A stretch of DNA of 64,000 nt from NCBI GenBank assembly GCA_036705045.1, contig JAUBTR010000019.1. One strand, written 5' to 3'. Below are positions 39,683-48,816 of this stretch, piece after piece (within the stretch, counting starts at the first letter, position 1; every line of letters begins with the position of its first letter). Below the pieces are notes generated by a model that saw nothing but the letters and a program-made list of their open reading frames with translations, ran no database searches and was not told the DNA's origin. Both the position numbers and the translations under genes were made by a program. Source of the DNA: Microcoleus sp. BR0-C5 (GTDB lineage: Bacteria; Cyanobacteriota; Cyanobacteriia; Cyanobacteriales; Microcoleaceae).

Positions 39683-42649
39683 TTACTCTAACTGTCGCTC
39701 AACTAATCTAGCAAACAATCCTCCCTGTTCGATCAATTCCTCAAACGAACCCACCTCCACCAAACGGCCTGCTTCAATTACATAAATGCGATCGGCATTG
39801 CGAACCGTACTCAGGCGGTGGGCGATGACAACTCGCGTCACATTCAACTTATCCAAACTCTCAGTAACGATCGCCTGCGTGCGGTTGTCCAAAGCACTCG
39901 TAGCTTCATCCATCAGGATAACCTTTGGTTTGACAACCATCGCGCGGGCAATTAACAATCTCTGCCGCTGTCCTCCCGAAAGATTCGTGCCGCCCTCGCT
40001 GACAACCGTGTGCATTCCCATCGGCATTTGTTCGATATCGGCGGCTAAACCGGCCATTTGCGCCGCTTCCCAAGCTTCCTCCTGCGTTACCATCGCCCCG
40101 CAGGTAATATTGTCAAACATTGAACCAGCATTAATTCTGCCGTTTTGCAGCACTACTCCTAACTGCCGCCGCACAGCTTGAACGTCGAGGCCTGCTAAAT
40201 CTTGATTGTCGTAATAAACAGTGCCGCTTTGTGCTATTTCAAACCCCAATAACAGCCGAAATAATGTTGATTTGCCACTACCAGACGGCCCGACGATCGC
40301 GATAAATTCCCCCGGTTGAATATTGATGCTGACATCATCTAAAATTGGGGGCCCGTCCTCCCGGTAGCGGAAAGTTGCCCTATCGACAGTAATTTGACCT
40401 TGCAAGCGGCCGGGATCGGCTTTTGTCGGGTCAGATTCCGGGATGCCCTGGACGATCGGTTTGGCTCGCTCCCACAGCGGTACAATTCCTAAAATATCAG
40501 TTAGGGTATTGCTCAAATCTGTGACGCCAGAAAGAAAGGTGCCGAAGGCGGAATTAAAAGCAAGAAAGGTTCCCATATTCAGTCCGCCTCCTCCTGTTTG
40601 AGGAGTTTGCATGAACACAATTGCAAACCAAAACATCAGAATAGAACTTACTAACGGCAGCGCTTCATTAAATACTGAAACACTGTCGTCAATTCGTTTA
40701 ATTCCTGTTCTTAGCTTGATTTGCTGGCTGTATTTTTTCGCCCAAGCTGCAAACGCTCGCCCTTCTGCAGCAGCTACCCGCAGCTTTGATACTCCGTTAA
40801 TTAGTTCTACTGTCAGCCCGTTAATGTCGCCTTCTCCTGTTTCCATCTGCCGCTCTTTTGGGATTAAGAGCAAGCTGGATGTAACTGTTACTATAACCGC
40901 AATAAGAGTTAAACCAATTCCGACTAAAGCCAGTGGCAGGCTGTAAATAAACATCAGCCCCAAATTCAGCAGGGAAAATATCGCGCTCAAAAGTGTCCGC
41001 TGCGTCGTGCCGCTGAGTTGGGCGCGAATTTGATTAACAGCTAATAAGCGAGTTAGCAAGTCGCCAGAAGAATAGGTGCGAAAAAACGCCGGTTTTAATC
41101 TCAGCAATCGATCCCAAACTGCTGGCTGGAGAGTGCCGCTGGCAACATTTTCGATCCGCAGCGTCAGAATGGTTTGGGCGATGCTAAATACAGCCCGTCC
41201 GATCGCCGCAACTAACAATACCAGCCCTAACTGCCACAGTAACAAACGATCGCTGTCAGGAATAGCATCATTGACCAAAATCGAGGTAGCTTGCGGCGTC
41301 ACCATCCCCAGCAGCGTTCCCAATATCCCCAGCCCGAAAGCAGCGATCATGTCTTTTTCGTAGCCCTTCGTCCCGAAGCGAAACAGTTCCGCAGCGTTGC
41401 GAACTAATAGCGGCAGCGGCCGGTAAAACATGAGAGTTTCTGGCGACAACTCTTGGGCGATTGCTTTAGTTACCCGTTGGCGGCTGCGGTCGATCGGATC
41501 GAACAAAGTATAAGGATCGTCCTTACCGGGCAACAAAGCTACAGGTCGATTGTCGGACTTTGTATAAGCCAACAGCGGGCCGCAGTTCTGCCGCCACCAA
41601 TATCCAACCAGCAGCACGCGGCGGGTGCGAAATTGGGACGATCGCGCGATCGCCTCCATCGGATCTTTAACTCGGCTGAAATCTTCGGAACCCGCCGGGG
41701 GATTGACTGTTATCCCTTGTGCCTTACCTACAGCCCCAGCAGCGATTAACAGCGGTGTTCCTTCCTCAGACAACACGATTTTCCGGGGATGCAGCACCTC
41801 GGTTAACTCTCCCAAAGCTGTCTGAGTGACTTGGCAGTTTAGCTGTTCGCGTTCCTGAAAGCGGCGGAATTCCTCGGCTTTTTGCCGGGAAACCAGCAAA
41901 TTCAAGCAGCAGCAGAAATACTCGTGCAGCAAAGCTAAACTCGCGCGCAGCCAGTCGGCATTTTCCACTTCTGCTGTTGAGAAAATTTGCACCTCAACTT
42001 CCCCGGATGCCACCAGCAACATATTCCCAGCCAGGGGAAACGCTGGGGAAGCGGAATTTAACTTCAATTCCCCGACACTCGCATCGCCCGACGAGACGCG
42101 CACCCAGACAACTGTTTCCGGCGGCGATCGCAGAATTTGACCGGGAATTAGCGATATCTGCTGCGAGGCTGCTACAACCCCAGTTTCTGGGGCAACTTTT
42201 TCCTCCGGCACGCGCGGCGGATCTATCCCGTAGGGAATCGCCCGTTCTCCCAAATGCTGTATCCACCCTTCCACAAGGGCGATGTTTTTGCCGTCACCAG
42301 CAGCCACTAAAGCGGCACAATCTGCGATCGCGATCTGTTCCAGTTCCGTTTCCGCGATTGCGATCGCCAGAAGTCCCCAACCTGGTTTTGAAATTTCTCC
42401 CCCCCTTGTAGGGGCGGTGCCCCCGTGCCCGCCCTGGTTGGGCGTGGTAGCAGCGCCAAACAAAGCCTCGCCTGCACTGACGCCGAACAGATAATAGCGG
42501 TTGCCCGCCGGCTTCTCACTTTGTATCTTGGCTGCAAAAACTGCGATCGCGCCCGATCGAACAATCCACACCTGATGCGGGTCATTCAGCAGCAGCGGTT
42601 CATTTCCTTTAATTCGGTGCAGTTTCTTAACAGGATTTAGATCGAGCAT
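39683..42649 (-). CDS. ABC transporter with N-terminal cyclic-nucleotide-binding-like domains (NHLM bacteriocin-system type, permease + ATPase fused)
   Basis: Walker A GPSGSGKST, signature LSGGQRQRL, Walker B ILMDEATSALD, six-TM ABC exporter core, and about 400 aa of N-terminal cNMP-like region. Confidence 0.75.
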   Translation of the reverse strand: MLDLNPVKKLHRIKGNEPLLLNDPHQVWIVRSGAIAVFAAKIQSEKPAGNRYYLFGVSAGEALFGAATTPNQGGHGGTAPTRGGEISKPGWGLLAIAIAETELEQIAIADCAALVAAGDGKNIALVEGWIQHLGERAIPYGIDPPRVPEEKVAPETGVVAASQQISLIPGQILRSPPETVVWVRVSSGDASVGELKLNSASPAFPLAGNMLLVASGEVEVQIFSTAEVENADWLRASLALLHEYFCCCLNLLVSRQKAEEFRRFQEREQLNCQVTQTALGELTEVLHPRKIVLSEEGTPLLIAAGAVGKAQGITVNPPAGSEDFSRVKDPMEAIARSSQFRTRRVLLVGYWWRQNCGPLLAYTKSDNRPVALLPGKDDPYTLFDPIDRSRQRVTKAIAQELSPETLMFYRPLPLLVRNAAELFRFGTKGYEKDMIAAFGLGILGTLLGMVTPQATSILVNDAIPDSDRLLLWQLGLVLLVAAIGRAVFSIAQTILTLRIENVASGTLQPAVWDRLLRLKPAFFRTYSSGDLLTRLLAVNQIRAQLSGTTQRTLLSAIFSLLNLGLMFIYSLPLALVGIGLTLIAVIVTVTSSLLLIPKERQMETGEGDINGLTVELINGVSKLRVAAAEGRAFAAWAKKYSQQIKLRTGIKRIDDSVSVFNEALPLVSSILMFWFAIVFMQTPQTGGGGLNMGTFLAFNSAFGTFLSGVTDLSNTLTDILGIVPLWERAKPIVQGIPESDPTKADPGRLQGQITVDRATFRYREDGPPILDDVSINIQPGEFIAIVGPSGSGKSTLFRLLLGFEIAQSGTVYYDNQDLAGLDVQAVRRQLGVVLQNGRINAGSMFDNITCGAMVTQEEAWEAAQMAGLAADIEQMPMGMHTVVSEGGTNLSGGQRQRLLIARAMVVKPKVILMDEATSALDNRTQAIVTESLDKLNVTRVVIAHRLSTVRNADRIYVIEAGRLVEVGSFEELIEQGGLFARLVERQLE

Positions 42650-42943
42650 AGCTAGTAATTGGCGATTAGTAATATCACGTCGGGCAGGGGTTTAAAGCCT
42701 TGCCTCAAAGAAGACAGTGCGATCGAATCGATCGGGCTAATCCACAGATCCTAGGAGTGATTAAAATCCCCGTCTCATAGCTAAAGTCGGTTAAAACCGA
42801 CTGAATAGCTAAGACTCCATAGCGAACACTGAATAGCCCTATCAAACCATCGCTCATTTCAGTCCTCTTGAGAGGACTTTAGCTATTAGACAGGGAATTC
42901 ATTCCCTGGCGGACTGTCGGGCTGGCTACTGTATTTCTGCTGT

Positions 42944-45154
42944 TTATTGTTCGTTCCCAACCAAAAGAGCATAAGCTCCTCCCAGCTTTTGCAACTCCTC
43001 ATGAGTGCCTCTTTGAACAACTTTCCCCCCTGCGAGCATAATAATTTCATCGCAATCTCGAATCGTACTCAAACGGTGAGCAACCACAATACAAGAAGTA
43101 CCGCGACGCCTTAAATTGCGATCGATAATTAACTCTGTTTCAGCATCCAGAGCACTCGTTGCTTCATCCAGCACCAACACCGCTGGATTCCTCACTAATG
43201 CCCTGGCAATTTCCAAGCGCTGCCGCTGTCCGCCGCTCATATTTGTTCCCCCTTCATTGAGTTGAGCATCGTATCCTCCCGGCATATTCAAGATAAGTTC
43301 GTGAATTGCCGCATCAATGCACGCTTGCACTAAATCTGCTTCCGGTACTGTCGGGTCCCAAAGCGTCAGGTTTTCCCGAACAGTGCCAGCAAATAGAAAT
43401 ATCTCTTGTTCGACCATTGCCAGCGAATTTGCTAGAATAGAACGGGGAATCAATTTGCGAGGAACCCCGTCAAATAAAATTTCGCCATTCATTGGTTCGT
43501 AAAGCCCGGTAACAAGTTTGGCAATAGTAGATTTACCAGAACCGCTGCCCCCCACTAACGCTACCCGCTGACCAGGTTTTACACTTAAGTTTAAGTCTTC
43601 AATTAGCGGCGCTTCCAAGCGGCTGTAGCCAAAACTGACACCGCGCAATTCAATGCTTCCTTGCAGGTAAAAAGCATCTAGTTCGATGGTGATTTGGTTG
43701 TTTTTACTATTAAAAGTATCGCGGTCTGCTTCTGGATCTATCGGGTTTTGCAGAACGTCATCAAGTCGGTTTAAATCGGCTTCTAATTCTTGCAGAGTGC
43801 TGCCAAAATTGACGAGATTGTTAACAGGTCGGAGGAATTGTTGAGTCAGACTTTGATAGGCAATTAACATCCCGATACTCAAACCGCCGTTCATTACCCG
43901 CAAGCCCCCGACAACTAAGATAGCAGTTGCAGCTAATGCCGTTAAAAATGCTGGTAATATTGATAAAATTTGAGTGGGCAAAGCCAATTCTTGCTGGGCG
44001 TTGCTCATTTTGGCATAGTATCCGGCAAACTTAGAAAATAAATCGAATTCTAAACCGCTAGCTTTGACAGTTTCTATAGATTGAATGCCTGCAATTGCAG
44101 CACCGCCAACCTTACCTGTTTCCTGAGCTAATCGGGTGTTAGCATCGACGCGGCTGCGGGATAAAGATTGCAGTGCCAAAAAGTTTAAGGCTGCAAAAAC
44201 GGCCGCAACACTGGTCAATACCCAGTCGTACATAACCATAATTATCGCATAGAAAACCATCATCACCGCGTCGATCGCAGTTGCAGCAAGTTTCCCCGAT
44301 AAAATTTCAGCAACCTTGTCATTAACTTGGCAGCGACTGCTAATTTCACCTGCAAACCGCTGGGCGTAAAATCCCACAGGCAAGCGCAAAGTATGCCAGA
44401 GAAACTGTCCCGACATCGAAATCGCAAGCTTGTTTGCCAGCCGCCGCAAATAGAAAAGTCGCATTCGCGCTAGCAGCCCTTGAATAGCCGCGGCAAACAA
44501 CATTCCTAATATTAAGGATCGCAGCCACTCCTGACGATTTTCGACGAGAATTTCATCTACAAAAATTTGGGTAAATGCCGCCCCAGCTAAACGGGGAACA
44601 GTCAGTAATAAACCAGCAATTAAACAAAATGCGATCGCCCAACGCGAACTTTGCAATCGGGAATCTAAAGCACGGGCAATACTCGGTTTTTTTCCGCCCT
44701 TTTTAAACTCCTGCCCCGGCTCAAAAGTCAAAACAACGCCAGTATAAGCAGACTTAAATTCTTCTAGAGAAACAGTCCTCGGCCCCGATGCGGGGTCGTT
44801 GAGATAAACGCGCTTTTTCTTCATCCCCTCAACCACCAAAAAGTGATTGAAATTCCAAAAAACAATAAAAGGTGGCGGTACAGCTTTCAACTCTTCGACA
44901 GTTTTTTTAAACCCTTTAGCATCTAAGCCGTAAATTCGGGCTGCTTTAAGGATATTAGAAGCTTTACTGCCATCGCGAGAAACGCCACACTCGCTCCGCA
45001 ATTGAGCTAAAGGTACCGGGTGTTCGCAGTAACTCAAAATAATTCCTAAAGCAGCAGCACCGCATTCTACTGCTTCCATTTGTAACAGGGTGGGAGTGCG
45101 AACTCGCCTTAATTTGCGCGGTGTAAAAAAGTTGTGAATCCAGGGTATTTTCAT
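42944..45154 (-). CDS. Peptidase-C39-domain ABC transporter (bacteriocin processing/export, permease + ATPase fused)
   Basis: N-terminal C39 papain-like domain with catalytic Cys in EAVECGAAALGII; Walker A GGSGSGKST; signature MSGGQRQRL. Confidence 0.85.
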   Translation of the reverse strand: MKIPWIHNFFTPRKLRRVRTPTLLQMEAVECGAAALGIILSYCEHPVPLAQLRSECGVSRDGSKASNILKAARIYGLDAKGFKKTVEELKAVPPPFIVFWNFNHFLVVEGMKKKRVYLNDPASGPRTVSLEEFKSAYTGVVLTFEPGQEFKKGGKKPSIARALDSRLQSSRWAIAFCLIAGLLLTVPRLAGAAFTQIFVDEILVENRQEWLRSLILGMLFAAAIQGLLARMRLFYLRRLANKLAISMSGQFLWHTLRLPVGFYAQRFAGEISSRCQVNDKVAEILSGKLAATAIDAVMMVFYAIIMVMYDWVLTSVAAVFAALNFLALQSLSRSRVDANTRLAQETGKVGGAAIAGIQSIETVKASGLEFDLFSKFAGYYAKMSNAQQELALPTQILSILPAFLTALAATAILVVGGLRVMNGGLSIGMLIAYQSLTQQFLRPVNNLVNFGSTLQELEADLNRLDDVLQNPIDPEADRDTFNSKNNQITIELDAFYLQGSIELRGVSFGYSRLEAPLIEDLNLSVKPGQRVALVGGSGSGKSTIAKLVTGLYEPMNGEILFDGVPRKLIPRSILANSLAMVEQEIFLFAGTVRENLTLWDPTVPEADLVQACIDAAIHELILNMPGGYDAQLNEGGTNMSGGQRQRLEIARALVRNPAVLVLDEATSALDAETELIIDRNLRRRGTSCIVVAHRLSTIRDCDEIIMLAGGKVVQRGTHEELQKLGGAYALLVGNEQ

Positions 45155-45213
45155 CGGCTATAAGGCTGAAACCCATAATAAATTTTGCTGGTATTCAAGT
45201 CTCGATCCCCCTA

Positions 45214-45293
45214 AATCCCCCTGATTGTTGGGGAGTAGGGGTTGACTTTGACTGCTCTTGTCCCCCCCTTCTTAAGGGGGGTTAGGGGGGATC
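45214..45293. repeat. MITE-like element with GATCCCCC(T)...GGGGGGATC termini; a second copy lies at 63707-63785
   Basis: Two copies share TCTTGTCCCCCCCTT...GGGGGNTAGGGGGGATCTAGA. Confidence 0.75.
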
Positions 45294-45433
45294 TAGACTT
45301 CGATATAAACAAGAGAGACGGTCGGTTTAATAGTAAGGTGCGTTAGACCCGAAATCCTCGATAATCATTCTAGAACTTCGTCTGACGCACCCTACAAGTC
45401 GATGGGAGTGTGACAGTTGGCCTTAGTCCTAAA

Positions 45434-47221
45434 TTAATAAACTCCTGTCAAAGACCGAAAAATAGGAATCACGTAAGAAATCGGCGCTAACTGCCCGATT
45501 TGAACCCTAACGAGCGCCGTAGTACCGGGGGAAATCTTGAGAGGAGGCCCGTTCGATGAAGACCATTTGTAACCGCTGATAGTGTTCGGATCTTGTTGCA
45601 ATTCCACAAATATTTGCACGGGAGCACCGCCACCAGCTATGTTTTTTGCGATGCTGTCAGCCAAATTTTCATTGCCGATAATTGACGACATATCTTGATT
45701 AGTAACCGGAAAAGGAGAAACTTGGGTTACTTTGCCGACAATGCCGCCGTAGCGTTCCCGCTTGACGACGCTAGGGGTAACTTGTACGGTCATTCCCGGT
45801 TTAATTTGCTTGCCGTCTCTGTCAGCAAAATAAACAAGACTGACCATTTTTTCGCGAGAATTTTTAGATTCAACTGTCCCGATCCTTGTACCGATGTTCA
45901 GCATTTGACCTGCAACGGCGCTAACTTCTAAAACGCGGCCGTCGTATTGGCTGGTAATTTTGCTGTCGGCTGTCAACTGATTCTGCAAGTGGGCAATCTT
46001 GCGTTTAACTTCCTGAATTTGATTTGTTTGGGCGATCGACTTCTCTAAATCTTGTTGAGCTAGTTTGACCGCTTGGGTTCCCATGTCTTTAATCTTAGTT
46101 TTGATTTCATCAATTTTGTTCAGGTTTTGCAGGTACTCCCGTTCGGTGTTACTTTTCTGAACTTTAAGTTCTTGGAGGTTGTTTTTAATTTCGTTAAGGC
46201 GGTTGAGATTTTGCAGGTACTCTCGTTCGGTATTGGTAGCTTCTACCTTGAGTTGCTGCCGGCTGTTTTTGAGGTCGTCAATTTTATTGAGATTTTGCAG
46301 GAATTCGCGATCGCTATTGGTTTTCTGAACGTCGAGTTCCTTTAACTGCGTTTCAATATCCGCCAATTGCATCTGAGAGTCCGCGAATTCCTGTCTCGCT
46401 TGCAGCATTACATCCTCGCTAATCGCCCTCTCTTGTTCGTAAAGAACGCGGCGAGTTTCAAACCGCTGCTGCAAAGTTTCCACCAAAGAAGTGATGTGCT
46501 GTTTTCGCTGCAAAAGACTGTCCCGTTTTTTGGCGATCGCGGCCAGAGTTTGCTGCCGCAATATCGGCGCAACTTGTTCTCGCCGCAAACTTTCTTCCAA
46601 ACTTTGGCGTTTTTCTGCTAATGCTGTCAGAGTTTGCTGCCGCAGTACCGGCGCAATTTGTTCGCGGCGCAAACTTTCTTCCAAACTTTGGCGTTTTTGC
46701 TCTAATGCCGCCATACTTTGCTGGTGCAATATCGGTGCAACTGACTCCCTATTCAAGCTTTCTTGAAGGTCTTTTTGCTGCTGTTCTAGGGTTTTTAATT
46801 CCAGGGCAATTTGCTGTTTTTGCAGCTTATTAGTATCTTTTTTTTGCCCTTGCAGTTGGGCTAACTTTGCTTTTTCTTGCTCTAACTGCTGCTTGAGGTC
46901 TAGTTTATCAATTCTACCGATTTCCTGACCCCGTTTAACAACATCTCCAGGCTTGATATTTAGCTTTACCAATTGACCGGAACTAGCAGCTTGAAATTGC
47001 ACGACTCGGCGGGGCAGAAGCAACACGCCTTGACCGGAAACAGTCAGCGGAATTCGCCCGATCGCACTCCAAACCCCCGCAGCAGCAACTAAACAGCCAA
47101 TTGCAGTTAGTGGCAGCCACGATCGAGGACTAACCACCTGCATCATTTGGTCGAGGCGTTCCGGCGAAGATAAGCGATCGATCGCTTCAGTAGTGAAAAG
47201 TTTGTTTTGTTTTACCTGCAT
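45434..47221 (-). CDS. HlyD-family periplasmic adaptor/secretion protein with expanded coiled-coil
   Basis: N-terminal TM, long coiled-coil with two internal 3x tandem repeat blocks, and a C-terminal beta-barrel HlyD domain. Confidence 0.8.
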   Translation of the reverse strand: MQVKQNKLFTTEAIDRLSSPERLDQMMQVVSPRSWLPLTAIGCLVAAAGVWSAIGRIPLTVSGQGVLLLPRRVVQFQAASSGQLVKLNIKPGDVVKRGQEIGRIDKLDLKQQLEQEKAKLAQLQGQKKDTNKLQKQQIALELKTLEQQQKDLQESLNRESVAPILHQQSMAALEQKRQSLEESLRREQIAPVLRQQTLTALAEKRQSLEESLRREQVAPILRQQTLAAIAKKRDSLLQRKQHITSLVETLQQRFETRRVLYEQERAISEDVMLQARQEFADSQMQLADIETQLKELDVQKTNSDREFLQNLNKIDDLKNSRQQLKVEATNTEREYLQNLNRLNEIKNNLQELKVQKSNTEREYLQNLNKIDEIKTKIKDMGTQAVKLAQQDLEKSIAQTNQIQEVKRKIAHLQNQLTADSKITSQYDGRVLEVSAVAGQMLNIGTRIGTVESKNSREKMVSLVYFADRDGKQIKPGMTVQVTPSVVKRERYGGIVGKVTQVSPFPVTNQDMSSIIGNENLADSIAKNIAGGGAPVQIFVELQQDPNTISGYKWSSSNGPPLKISPGTTALVRVQIGQLAPISYVIPIFRSLTGVY

Positions 47222-48082
47222 CAGCTATTCCTTTCGAGAGTGCGATCGCGGCTGTAAGCAGGGGTGTATTTGAAGGGGAAATTCCTTGCAAGTCAATTGA
47301 GGCACAAACAATTTCCCAACAAACGTTCAAAGCTTCCGTGCAATTACTTGAATGTTCTCACTCCTGTTTGCAGCTTGCCTGTAAAATCACTTTACGACAA
47401 TTAACCCTCGTAAGACCTAACTAACAGTAGAGTTTTCAGCTAACAAAAAGACCAGCTTACAGCCAGTCTTCCGACGGGGGAATGACCCGAACTTTTGGCT
47501 AGGTATCGCCCGCAGCCAGGGCCTACACATTGGTCACCAGTTAAGCTAAAAACACTTTTGTCAATGAGTAGAATTACTCTAAGGTATTGAAGTACCAACT
47601 TAAAATGTGCTGCGATTTGTTCAATGAGGTGGGTAAAACATTTACGACACCTGCAAGGATTGCTATATAGTTTGATTTTTGATAAAATTACTGAACCAAC
47701 CCTAGTGCAACAAAAGGTTCTAGCTTTGCTTGTGTTTCTCTAACTTATACGCAGTAAACCGGGCGCCCGAATCTTTCTTTAAAAAGCTTACTCTACACTG
47801 AATATACCTTTTGTCTAGTGGGGAAGTTCAGTGTAATTGGTGATTGGTAATTGTAGGTTGGGTAGAACGAAGAGAAACCGCACCTACAATTACTATTAAC
47901 AGTCAATCGATTTTAGATTTTAGATTTTAGATTAAAGAATTGAAGCATTGACTTGCGCGAGATAAATTCGGGGGCTTGCTTATCGGATACAGGTTTTTGA
48001 TTTCTGGGTCCTGAGTCTGCTTTCGGAATGAATCACGTGGCGGGTATCCTGGATGCTTTCGGTCAAAATCAAAAGTCAAAAG

Positions 48083-48121
48083 TTAACAGTCAACGGTTAA
48101 TTGTTAACCGTTGACTGTTAA
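48083..48121. other. 18-bp-stem perfect palindrome TTAACAGTCAACGGTTAA-TTG-TTAACCGTTGACTGTTAA built from STRR-like heptamers
   Basis: Read directly. It is followed on the minus strand by a T-rich tract, so it is a possible terminator for the small minus-strand ORF at 48168-48317. Confidence 0.4.
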
Positions 48122-48167
48122 ACGGAATGCCTGTGCCGAACTCGCTATAAACTGCCGGAATGGCTGT

Positions 48168-48317
48168 TCATTCTTTGGATTTAGAACTTTTGGAAAGCTT
48201 ACCCTCAAAAGGTTGAACTCCACTATTTGGATAGTTGTCATCGCTGGGGCTAAAAATCCGCACCGCTGCTTCCGAAACGTAACGCATTGCGTTTGCCAAA
48301 GATTTAGAAAGATTCAT
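48168..48317 (-). CDS. Candidate 49-aa small protein (MNLSKSLANAMRYVSEAAVRIFSPSDDNYPNSGVQPFEGKLSKSSKSKE)
   Basis: Short ORF below the track cut-off. No family recognised; coding status unproven. Confidence 0.2.
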   Translation of the reverse strand: MNLSKSLANAMRYVSEAAVRIFSPSDDNYPNSGVQPFEGKLSKSSKSKE

Positions 48318-48632
48318 AGAATCTGCCTCTCTTGTCTGAGTTCTGATACTTTTAATATTACTCGGATTTTTGGGCTGTAGATGAGTTTAGCAATATTTAT
48401 TTGAATTACTTATTGGTCTGCAACAATAAAGCAAGCTGAAGGTTTAAGAAATTACGCATTTTTGGACGATCGACCTTTTGGTGGTAGATTTTTCCTTGCT
48501 CAACTCAAGCAGTCGCGATCGCCCTCCGACGCTCAGAAACCGGGTTGTCTAACTCTATTCAAGGGCTGCAAGGAAATATTTTCGCAAAAAACCCCGAACG
48601 CTTGAGTGTTTGTGCTTAATTCCTGAGTTTGT

Positions 48633-48658
48633 TAAATTCAATATTTATATTGAATTTA
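48633..48658. promoter_or_regulatory. Perfect 12-2-12 palindrome TAAATTCAATAT-TT-ATATTGAATTTA about 160 bp upstream of pncB; candidate operator (NrtR?)
   Basis: Read directly. Located in the promoter region of the NAD salvage cluster that encodes a Nudix-wHTH NrtR-type regulator. Confidence 0.35.
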
Positions 48659-48816
48659 CCATAATATTAATGTACAAATTAACCGAAATTCGCTATCAAA
48701 GGGCATTATAAGCGAATTTATCCGACAAATATCTGCAATCTTCATCAAATATTTACAAAAAGATATGGTGTTTGTCACTATAATTAAGAAAAAGAAGTTT
48801 GTCCGGGGTTTTTTTT

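Noticed and set aside
46073-46833. Plus-strand ORFs (90, 84, 91, 70 aa) antisense to hlyD
   Set aside because: Open frames generated by the in-frame tandem repeats of the coiled-coil region. No independent start signals.
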